DNA of 64,000 nt, taken from NCBI RefSeq assembly GCF_016433145.1, contig NC_058134.1:218628404-218692403 (forward strand). The letters are read 5' to 3'. The DNA comes from Gracilinanus agilis (lineage: Eukaryota). The position numbers and the translations under genes were made by a program. Shown here in pieces: positions 24,482 through 35,240 of this stretch. Each line of letters begins with the position of its first letter. Within the stretch, counting starts at the first letter, position 1. Below the pieces are notes generated by a model. That model was not told where the DNA came from. It made no database searches and saw only the letters and a program-made list of their open reading frames with translations.

Positions 24482-26429
24482 ACAATTCCACTGAAAAGAA
24501 AGGGAAAGGGTTGGGTTTTTTCTTTTCTTTTTTTTCTTTTTGCATTGGGGTAGAGAATATAAATGCTTAACAATAGAAAAAAGAGAAATAAAAGAAAAGT
24601 GACATAAAAAAGAAATGAGATTTTTTTTAGGGGAAAAAACTATCAAACTAAGCCAAAATCAAATTTTGTTATAATTAATGACCTGGACCATCAATTAACA
24701 ATTGATTAATCAATCAATAAGCATCTATTAAATTCTTATTATGGTCCAGGAATGGTGTTCTGGGGACATAAAGACAAAAGGTCCTGCCCGCAAAGAGATT
24801 CCATTGAATCAGAAAGACAGCATATATAGACAGAGGATACACAGATAGATACAAGATGTATTGGTTGGAGAGGGCACTAGCAGCTAGGATGATAAACAAA
24901 GGCTTCCTGTAGAACATGGTGCTTGATTCCTGAAGGAAATGAAGAATTCTGGGAGACAGAGATGAAGAGGGAGGGCACTCTGGGCATGAGGAATGGCCAG
25001 TGCATCAGCACAGAAATAGGAAATTAAGTCCCTGCTATAAGAAACAGCCAGAAAATGGATTTGTTTGGACTACAGAGTTGTGAAGAAGATTAATGTGCAG
25101 TCAATATTAATAAAGAGACTGAGGCACAGCCACATAGCACATTGGAATAGGTTACCAGGCCTGGAATCAGGAGGACCTGAGTTCAAATCTAATCTTAGAC
25201 CCTTCCTAGCTGTGTGGCAAGTCACTTAACCCCCACTGTCTAGTTGTTATTGCTCTTCTTGGAGTAACCAGTAATTAGAGTAAGGTCTTAGAATTAATAC
25301 TAGGGGGCAGCTGGTTGGCTCAGTGGATTGAGAGCCGGGCCTAAAGATGGGAGGTCCTGGGTTCAAATCTGGCCTCAGACACTTCCTAGCTGGGTGACCC
25401 TGGCAAGTCACTTGTCCCCCATTGCCTAGCCCTTTCTACTCTTCTACCTTGGAACTAATATACAGTATTGATTCTAAAATGGAAGTTAAGGGTTTAAAAA
25501 AAGAACTAATACTAAAAAGAAAGGTGAGGGTTAAAAAAAAAAGACTAAAAACTAGAGAGACAGTTCATTCAATTTTCTTCATTTTGGAAAAGAAAACTAA
25601 AACCTAATTCAATTCAACAAGCACTCATCACCTATGGGCCAAGCAAGCATTGTGTTGGGTTCTCAGTATGTACACAAAGGTAAAGGAGGTGGTCCCTATA
25701 TTCAATATCTTATTTCCAAAGGATAAAATGAAAGGAAATGAAAGATAGAAGAAAAGAAAAGATATATTAAAGAAAAAATATATTAAAGGCATTAACGTTG
25801 GAAGTTCACATAAGGAAGTTAATGGTAGAATCAGAATTTGAACCCAGGTCTTGTGACTCAAAAAAAATAACACTCTACTATAACACACTGAGGATCATTG
25901 AGGATGTCCAACTTCATTCATTCTCATTACATATCTCCATCAGATCATCTGAGGCATTAGGGGTACATTTCCCATATTTGGGACTCTGGATAGGGAGGCC
26001 CTAACATCCTCTTCTGTGCTTCCCACAGTGCTTTGCATTAAAGAGTGACACCCAAGGCCATATAGTATAATTCTTAATAGATTCATGAATGCCATGCAGA
26101 GAGTTCCAGCAGGGCAAGAAGCATTGTTTTTAGACAATTCCCAAACTAACACTTTCATGAGGGCCAAGATTTACCATACCTGATGGGGCTGATTACACTT
26201 ACTCCTATACACAAAATTAAACAAATATAATAAGTAAACATTTTACTAAGTTCTCATAGATTACCTCCTTCCTGTTCCTTTTAAGTGCCTGTCCCAACCC
26301 AAAACTATTAGGAGAAAACAAAATTAAAATTACAAAAACAACCCTAGCAACAACAACAAAAAAGGAAATAGTCCAAAATAGTTTCTCCTCTTGGAGGAGA
26401 AGTAAATTATAGTTTCAAATAAAGTCCCA

Positions 26430-26790
26430 TAACATGAGAGGCTCTTCCTAACAAAACTAGAACTCATTCCTTTACCTTCACAAGAGAAATCAAACAATCC
26501 ATGGTGAAAATTCTTCTCATGTGGCCCTCCAGCAGCCCATACATTTTTTCATTGGGATACATTTCTTCAATGTGCAAGGAAATTCAGATGGAGGTCCTAA
26601 TGAAATATTTCCAGGGGTACCTGTGATACATAAAATACCCCATTTCTCCAGTGTATCAACTGAAAAATGTTGGAGTCTTCCAAATGGAATTCTGAACTTA
26701 CCCAAATCTAGGGTAAACAAGCTCGCTCCAAAAGATATAGGACAAATATGGACAAGATCACAAGATGTGACCTCAGAAGGCCCTTTTCTG
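26430..26790 (+). mobile_element. Probable ancient RTE LINE remnant (C-terminal ORF region)
   Basis: Frame-jumping similarity to the RTE C-terminus (RS**NIS ~ RSILNIS; SRVNKLAPKDI ~ SRMxDxRLPKQI). This explains ORFs 26521..26793 and 26517..26720. Confidence 0.45.
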
Positions 26791-28236
26791 TGAGGGCCCC
26801 CTGTTTGGTCCTCACACAGGACCCAAAATCACCCTGTGAACATCAAAAGAGGAGAATCAGCCTTTTCTCATCTCTCTCACAAAGCCCCTTCCCCAAAGTA
26901 GGCCTCAGAGGAAATTTTCCAACCATGGGGGTCAGAAAACTATAGCCCTGTGGCCACATCCAGGCCATCTCTTGCTTTTGTAAATCTAAGATTCTTGTGA
27001 GCTGAATTTGGTCTAAGGGCCATAGTTGGCTGACCCCTGCTCTAAACAATGCTTCTAAGACCTCCCCATAAAGGGATTTATGAGGAACTTTCTAGAAAAG
27101 GTACTAAATACCCAAAACTTTTTCACTTTCTTGGCCACAAAAGAAATGCTTAAAGCAGAAAAAGAAAAAAAAAAGGCATTCATTAACAGATACCTAATTA
27201 GAACATACTGCTATAATACATCCCATCAATATAATCTTTCCCAAAGGTATAAAGGCTCTGTGTAGGACTGCTGAGCAGACATTCACCTAAGACCTCCACT
27301 TGTCTGAACAATTCAAAAGTCCCAGATCTGCCGGCCATTCAGGGATGGTTCTTTAGTCCTTTCGAGTTCAGGATGATCTGGTTGGCAGTCACCTTGCCCT
27401 CTAAGAAGCAGTGTAGTTTCAGGGAATACCTCCTGCTGAGTGACCAGAATTAATTCAGGAACTCAGGAATACTTGCATTTACAGGGTTGCCAGCACCACT
27501 GAGGCTAACAATATCCATTGCTTAGGACCACTAATTGCTGTTTGTGGATCTATGCCCAGAGAAGAAACATACATGTAGAAGAAAGCATCTGGGATATCTG
27601 TTTCACGGGGGCAGGCGCTGTTCTCATTGCCATCAGCCCAAGTTGTGGGCCACCAGTATCACTGTGTGAGGGCGAAGAAAAATTCTCAGCCCTACCCCAC
27701 TAGAATTCAAAGGGAAAGGCTGGAAGAGGTCCCAAAGTAACAGAAGTTGAGCTATTTGTTCTCTTGTAGCCTACTGAATGGGCAGCTCCTCCTGCCTGAG
27801 TCATCTCCAATGTAACCCAGGCCTAGGGACCAAGTGACCAATTAGGAGTTGCTCTGTCATATATGTCCTTTAATGAGAGACCATAATGTATTCCCAGCTC
27901 CAGGAGAAGTGCTAGCAGTCCAGCCATGTGACAGTAATATTAAGAGAATGTAATGTAATTTAATTTACTTTGTACGCTCAAATAACAGCCCCCCTGCTTG
28001 TTAGATTAAGTCAAGTCAACAAGCATTTATAAACTCATCAACTCCCTAGATCAAAAGTCCTTTCTCTGGCCAATCAATCAATAAACATTTATTAAGCACC
28101 TACTATGTGCCAGACACTGTGGCAACTGCTAGAGATACAAAGAAAGGCAAAACATACCCCTTGTTCTCAAGGAGCTACCAGTCTACTAGGGGGGACAACA
28201 CAAAAACAACTATGTCCAAATAAGACATTTTGTTGT

Positions 28237-28441
28237 GGGGGCAGCTGGGTAGCTCAGTGGATTGAGAGCCAGGCCTAGAGACGGGAGGTCCTGGGTTCAA
28301 ATCTGACCTCAGACACTTCCCAGCTGTGTGACTCTGGGCAAGTCACTTGACCCCCATTGCCTACCCTTACCACTCTTCTGCCTTGGAGCCAATACACAGT
28401 ATTGATTCCAAGACGGAAGGTAAGGGTTAAAAAAAAAAAAA
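28237..28441 (+). mobile_element. Young SINE1_Mdo-like SINE with perfect 15 bp TSD
   Basis: TSD aagacattttgttgt at 28222-28236 and 28442-28456. A-tail present, CpGs retained. Confidence 0.92.
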
Positions 28442-30661
28442 AAGACATTTTGTTGTATTTGTTCAATTATGTCTGACTCTTCATGGCCCCATTTGGGATT
28501 TTCTTGGCAGAGATACTGGAGTGGTTTGCCGTTTCCTTCTCCAGCTCATTTGACAGATGAGGAAACTGAGGAAAACAAGGTTAAGTGACTTTCCCAGGGT
28601 CACACAGTAAGTGTCTGAAGCCAGATTTGAACTTGGGAAGATGAGTCTTTCTGATTCTAAATTAGTATTCTATCCACCTTGCCACCTAGCAGCCCACAAA
28701 CAAGACACAGGCAAAATTGGAGATTGTCACAGAGGGAACGCAGTAGCATTAAGGAAGACCAGGAAAGATTTCTTACAGAAAATGTGACTTTAGCTAAGAC
28801 TTGGAAGAAGTCAGGGAAGCTAAGAATCTAACAGGGAGAAGAAAAGAATTCCAGGTACAAGGGACAGCCAGCAAAAGGGCATGGAAATGGAGATAGAGTG
28901 TCTTATTAAGGAGGAATCATTCTTTCCTGATGGAACTTTGGTCCATGGGCCAAATCTTTGTTAAATAGGAGGAAAACTTCATTCCCTAACTCACGGTTGG
29001 GACAGTTAGGTGGTGGTGTCCCTAGATGGGACAGTATATAGAGTACTGGACCTGAATTCAAATCTGGCCTCTGGTACTAGCTGTGTGATCCTAGGAAAAT
29101 CACTTAACCCTATGTGCCTCAGTTTCCTCATCTATAAAATGACATGGAGATGGAAATGGCAGACCAATCCAGTATCTTTGCTAAGAAAACCCCAAATTGT
29201 GTCATGAACAGTTGGACCCAACTGAAGTGACTAAACAACAACAACAAATCCCATTTTAAAGATAGTTGAAACTGGGGGTAGCTAGATGGCTCAGTGGATA
29301 GAAAGTCAGGCCTAGAGAAAGGAGGTCTTGGATTTAATTCTGACCTCAGACACTCCCTAGCTATGTCCCTGAGTGACCTTGAGCAAGTCACTTAACCCTC
29401 ATTGCCTAGCCCTTACCACTCTTCTGCCTTGGAACCAATACTTAGTAACAATTCTAAGACAGAAGGTAGGGGTTGGGGTTTTTTTTCATGGTGAAATTAA
29501 GGTCCAAAATGGGAATGAGCTTTTTGCCAAAAATCCCACAACTAAAAAGCAACAAAGCCAGAGCTCAACCCACAAACTCTGTCTCTGATCCAGACATTCC
29601 TGGGATCCTGAGGATTTCAGGGGCCATATGGCCTAAAACCTCATCTTAAAACCCAGTGGCAGAGTGAGGACATGAATCTGAGTCCTGTGCCCCCCAGTCC
29701 AGGCCTCTCTCCAGGATACCATGTTTCTCCTTTCCACTGTCCTTTTCCCAATCCCTCCCACCCAGAGACTTCAAGGACAGTGCCTTCAGGGAAGGTTCCT
29801 TCCTCACAGAAGGCCATCTGGCCCCAGCCTCCCTCAGATCCCTTTCAGGGCAGCTAGGAGGCTCCTTGCCCAGTGGGGCCTTGCCTTTCCTCACCCCAGC
29901 TAAATTGGCTTGTGTTATGCTGAGATCGATCATATTAAAAATTTAGGGGGTGTTTTATGATATGGATCGCTGCTGTCTCTTTAAGGGATGGCCTCTCCAA
30001 TCAAACCAGCAAGACAGATCCATCCTGGCATCTCTGCTTCCCAGGAGGCATGAGGTCCTTCCAGCAGCTCCAGGGATTTGAGAAATGAAACAGGAGGCCT
30101 TGCAGATGTTCAGCCTCTTATGTGGTGAACTCCTCCAACGGGCTTTTCTTGGGACTTCCAGACACCCTGTGTCCCTAGGTCGGTTTTTTGGTTTTGGGTT
30201 TTGGGTTTTTTCCTCCAAGAAGCTTCTTGTTATGTTTGGCTTTTCTGAGACTCTGCCCTCAGGCAGTGCCCAGGGGGTGCTGGCTCCCCTTAAATGTTAA
30301 CAAATGAAGGACAGAGAGGCTGCATAAGGTCAGGGAAAGAGAAAAGGACTTATCGAGTTAGGGGTCAGTAGTCCCGGGTTCAAGGTCCCAGCAATGCCAC
30401 TAGATCCCTGCATGATTATGATCCTGACTCTTCTCCCCATGGGCCTCAGTTTCCTCACATGCAAAACAAGGGCATTGGGCTCAGCAGCCTCTAAGGGCCT
30501 AAGGGCCCTTCCAGCTCCGACATTCTGACTCTATCGTCCTCGTTTGGCTCATAACCAGCACTGCAGCTAGATTGCTAAAGCGTTGGTCCGAGGAAGCAAC
30601 CAAAGTGGTTAAGGCTCAGGCCCCTACAGGCCCGTCCTGGCAACCTCCCACTGGCCATTTG

Positions 30662-30676
30662 TTGGCTGTTTGCCAA
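30662..30676. promoter_or_regulatory. Perfect NFI palindrome TTGGC(N5)GCCAA
   Basis: TTGGC TGTTT GCCAA in unique intron 2 sequence. Motif match only. Confidence 0.45.
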
Positions 30677-30769
30677 TGTGCCAGCTTCAGCTTCCCCACT
30701 TTCACAAAAGGATTGTGGTGAAAATATAAAATGCAGTTTGATGTCTGTGGGTGACTGTTCTAGGACGGG

Positions 30770-31029
30770 CTATCTGTTCGTTTTAATAAAATAGCGGCAT
30801 TTAGAGAATGCTTTAAGGCTTGCAGAAGCACTTTACAAGTGGATCTCATTCTAAGTTCACAAGAATGATGGGGGATAGATAGCCTTATTGGTCCTGTTTT
30901 ACAGATGAGGAAACGGAGGCAGACAAGAGTTAAATGACTCACCCAGCTGCCAAGCATCTAAGGAGGAATTAGAAATCAGGTCCATCGTCTCCAATGCACT
31001 CTGGACCCTAAGGCACCACCTAGTGGCCT
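30770..31029 (-). mobile_element. MIR/CORE-SINE whose head carries a CTCF-like motif
   Basis: CORE reverse complement (ttttacagatgaggaaacggaggc..ttaaatgactcaccc). Ends gcaccacctagtggcc. Confidence 0.7.
31012..31029 (-). promoter_or_regulatory. CTCF core motif candidate (GGCCACTAGGTGGTGCC)
   Basis: Close match to the CCASYAGRKGGCR consensus. Motif match only. Confidence 0.45.
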
Positions 31030-31129
31030 CTGCCATTCCCTCGATGCTACCAGAGAGCGCCTCCTAAATGAGGGGCCTTGGGAAGTGAGTTGGCCTCTAC
31101 AGTCTCTTCCAGGCCGAATGTTCCATGTT

Positions 31130-31532
31130 TTCAAGGGCCTTCCAATTCTGTAATTCTGTGTTCTGATATTCTCAGCCTAAGCCCCTCCCCCAGCTCTGCC
31201 CCCCCTTGTTCTAAGGATCCCCCAGTTCTAATATTCTAAGGGCTCCCCCCAGCTCTGACATTCCCTCTTCTAAGCCCCTTCCTACTCTGGCATCCCCTGA
31301 TCTAAGGACCTCCCAGCTCTGATACCCATGTTTAAGCTTCCTCCCACTCTAGTATCCCCTGTTCTAAGCTCCTTCCTGCTCTACCATCCCCTGTTCTAAG
31401 GGCCCCCCAGCTCTACCATCCCCTGTTCTAAGGGCCCCCCAGCTCTGACATCCCCTGTTCTAAGGGCCCCCCAGCTCTGACATCCCCTGTTCTAAGCCCT
31501 CTCCTAGCCCTTATATTTCTTGTTCTCAGGTT
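31130..31532 (+). repeat. 32 bp minisatellite, ~12 copies, consensus TAAGGGCCCCCCAGCTCTGACATCCCCTGTTC
   Basis: Period of 32 measured directly (31381, 31413, 31445). Near-identical units at ~31380-31497, degenerate units on the flanks. Confidence 0.9.
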
Positions 31533-31699
31533 CCCCCTCCCCTCCAGCTCCCTCCTGGGGTCAGTAAGTCTCTCCTAAATGCCTACAAAGTCATGGCACA
31601 CTGGAAGTCAAAGCCCTTTCTCTCAGTGAGCAAAGGTGCTGATGGTGTGGGGTGGCCAGGAGCAGCCTGTTCTCAGGACCTCCAGGAGGGATGCAGCCC

Positions 31700-31950
31700 A
31701 CCCTGGGGCCGGCGCGGCAGAGGAAGGGTCCGTGGCAAGGCCGGAGGGCAGCCTGGATCTGAGTCTTCCAAGATGGGGCGCTTTGGCTGAGCAGAGCGGG
31801 GGGGAGGGGCATCCGAGACGTTCCATCTGTTCCTTCTCAGAGGCTGCCTCTGAGCATCAGGGCCTTGGCGAGGCTGGGTTTTTTAAAGAAACGAGCGGAA
31901 CGTTAATCCTGAAGTTGGAAATAACCACACATCAGGAACGACAGACTAAA
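31700..31950. promoter_or_regulatory. Small GC/CpG-rich patch in intron 2 (candidate enhancer)
   Basis: About 14 CpG in ~260 bp in a CpG-poor window. GGGGAGGGGC (SP/KLF) at 31801 and CCATCTG (NeuroD-type E-box) at 31823. Confidence 0.4.
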
Positions 31951-33199
31951 AATTTACAAAAATGGATTAAAAGTAGGTCATTTTTTTCGATCTATTAACC
32001 TTGAAAACGTTCTGTGTGAAGCAGCATCTCGGGGTGAATCCCCGAGGATAGGGAGGAGCACGGCACATCCCAACAGCAGCCCAGATGCCATGTTCTCTAC
32101 CTGGGAGCTGGAGTCAAGGTAGGTTTGGACAATCTGTTCAGGCCGTTCCTTGGCATCTGGGGAAATAATGCAGAATATAGAGGAACCCAGTGAATAGAGA
32201 AAGGCAGCCTGGGGGAGGGAATGCTCAATCTAGAGACCTGACTCCAATCCCACCTCAGTTATTATATTATTATTAGCTATGTGGCCCTCTTTAGACCTCA
32301 GTTTCCTCTTTTGTAAAATGAAGGGATTGGACTCAATGACCCCAAAGGTCCCTTCTTTTGCCAAATCTATGATTGCCAACTCTGACCTTTATGAGCTGTG
32401 TAGTCTCCTGTCAAGTGACTCAACCTTTCTGAGCCTGCTTCCTCAACTAGGGGATACCCCAGTGCATAGAACACTGGGCCTGGAGTCAGGAAGACCTGAG
32501 TTCAAATCTGACCTTGGATACTTACTAACTGGGTGTCCCTAGGCAAATTACTTAACCTCTATCTACCTTAGTTTTCATATCTGCAAAATGGAGAGTAATA
32601 ATAGTACCGATCTCTCAGGGTCTTATGAGTGTCAAATGAGATAGTATTTATAAGCATTTGGCACAGTGCCTGGCACTTAGCAGGAGCTTAATAAATATTT
32701 GTCACTTCCCTTTCCCATCTGTAAAATGGGGATGATGACAGCATCTATCTCCCAGCATTGTTGTAAGAATCAAATGAAATACAATGCTTTGCAAATGTTA
32801 AGATACACTATGAATGCTAGCTATTATAAAAGCATTTATTACGCTCCCACTATGTGCCAGGTGCTGTGCTAAGCACTGGAAATATAAAGGTAAATGTTCC
32901 TGCACGCAAGCAACTTCTAGCAAACAAACAAGATGCATATGGGATAACTTGGAGGTGATCTCAGAGGGAAGACTAGTGTTGGAGGGACCAGGGAAGGCTT
33001 CTTGTGGATGCTGAGACTTGTGAGAAGCCAAGAGGCAGGGGTCAACAGGGAAAGCGTTCCAGGCATGGTGGACAATCAGTACAAGTACCGGGAGATGGGA
33101 AATGGAGTGTCAGTCTTTCAGCCATTATTCTTTTATATTTCATGTTGTACAAACTATTTGCACAGATGGAGAAAATAGCTGCTCCTTGTAATTGAATAA

Positions 33200-33480
33200 A
33201 AATATTGGGAGACATGATTTCATCCCCTGTAGGCTTCCTACAAGCATCGTTGGTGGCAAACAGGACAAAGACCCCATCCTGGTCTCCCATGGTTTGCCAT
33301 TCCTCTGTGAGGTCTCTCTGTGTAAAGTTTATGTTGAAAACTTCTTGTTCACAATGCTTAGAGGCTGCATTTGTTAATGACCTCCACTGAAAATGCTGTT
33401 CTTCAAATAGTATCAATAAATGTTCTATGCAGGTGATTGATGATGGTCCAGTTTCGGGAAAGTTTATCTATTGAATTTTC
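33200..33480 (-). mobile_element. Possible ancient RTE endonuclease remnant
   Basis: Minus-strand frames give WTIINHLHRTFIDTI*RTA and DLTEE..GVFVLFATN, weakly like the RTE APE N-terminus (NVRTLMD..RRTA..QLTE..GVGFAIKTN). Overlaps ORF 33042..33416. Confidence 0.3.
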
Positions 33481-34914
33481 AAGGATATTTTGTGGTCTCT
33501 GCTTGTAATATGTGGACTTCTCATCTGTTAGGTAGTTTTTGTTTGTTTTTTGCTTTTATTTTTAAAAACAAAGAGCCTACCAGGTAGAATTCTAATTGCT
33601 GGGCCATGTTTTACCATGTATTCAAGTAGGTGCTGAATTTTTACACCTTGAACTAATGTGTTGCATAGTATCTACTAATCCATTACATTATTTTCACTGA
33701 ACAATAAGTCCAAGTCCTTACAAGTACCTCATCTCTGGAGCAGCTAGGTAGCTCAGTGGATAGAGAGCAGACCTAGAGACAAGAGGGCTCAAATCTGGCC
33801 TCAAATTTTCTTTCTTTCTAGCTGTGTAACCCTGGGCAAGTCACTTAACCCAATTTTGGGGAGTTTTTGTTTTGCCCTCTTCTGCCTTGGAACCAATAAC
33901 CAGTATTAATTCTAAGATAGAATTAAGGGTTTAAAAAGAAAAGAAAAACCAATCTCTAAGTGCTGGTAGCCATGATCCCTTCTATTTCTATAAATAAATC
34001 CATCCATTAATACTTCTTTGTCAACATGTATCGATAGTTTAGCTCTTGTGAGTACTACTAATGGTGGCTATTATTATTATTATTTATTGTCATTGTTGTT
34101 ACTCTTTTCTCTTATACTGGTAAAATGCACGAAGGAGAAATGTAAAATCTTACATTTGTGTTTTAAAAAATAGCGCAATAAAAAAATATACAAGCACAAG
34201 ATAGATAGGAGATAGCTATGGTTCAGTGGATAGAGCCAGGACTGGAAATAGGAGGTGTTAGGTTCAAATGTGGCCTCAGATACTTCCTAGCTGTGTGACT
34301 CTGGGCAAGTCACTTAACCCCAATTGTCTAGCCCTTAGTGCTACTCTGCCTTGGAATTGATACTTAGTATGAATTCTAAGAGAAGGTAAGGGGAGTTTGG
34401 GAAGGGGGCAGTCTTAAGCACATAATGCAGAAAGGTATGAGTAGACAGAGGCTTGTGGAGGGACGGGCTGATGAATATAGACAACTACAAGCTCAATATG
34501 AATCAACAGTGTAAAACAGAAACCAAAATTAAAAACAAAAATTTTCCTTTGCTGCCCCAATGAAATCATCCCTCTGCATGCTGCCCTCTCAAACCATATC
34601 CATAGTGGTGCATTCCATTCTAAGCCTCTTATTTTAGAAAAGGCTCTGACAGCCTATGGGTGGCACAGTGCATAGAGTACCAGGGCTAGAATTAGAAAGA
34701 TTCATCTTCATGAGTTCGAATCCAGTCTCAGATACACTTACTAGCTCTGTGACCTTGAACAAGTCACTTAATCCTTTCCTCAATTTTCTCATCTATAAAA
34801 TGAGCTGGAGGAGGAAATATCAAACCATTCTAGTATCTTTGCCAAGAAAAACCCAAATGGAATGAGGAAGAGTCAGACATGACTGAAAAACGACTAAACA
34901 CTACCACCAACAAC

Positions 34915-35240
34915 AATGCCGACCATCTTTGGACAGTCCAGAGAAAATGAACCAAACTGCAAAAAAGACTGGAACCCAGTCTGTGGGGGGTTTGGGGGGA
35001 ACTGGAATATTTACCCTTTAGAAGAGAGTAGAATTTTTCTCTTTGAATTCTCAAATTCTCGGAAGAGGGATTAGCTTTGTTCTGCTCCATCCCAGAGGGC
35101 AGAATGACCAGAAATGAGAATGACAAGAAAGGATTTAAAGTATCTAGGAGACATATTCAGGGTAGATATCTGCAAAAACTTTCTAATGATAATTAGAGCT
35201 TCATTGATATGGAATGGGCCACCTTGGGAGGCCAGAGTAT
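34915..35240 (+). mobile_element. CR1/L3 LINE 3' fragment
   Basis: gtccagagaaaatgaaccaaa..agactggaa..aaaaactttctaatgataattagagc..ggaatgggccaccttgggag resembles the recalled L3 3' region. Confidence 0.55.

Noticed and set aside
31130-31532. CRISPR-like appearance of 32 bp direct repeats
   Set aside because: Units are contiguous with no unique spacers, there are no cas genes, and the context is a mammalian intron. It is a minisatellite.
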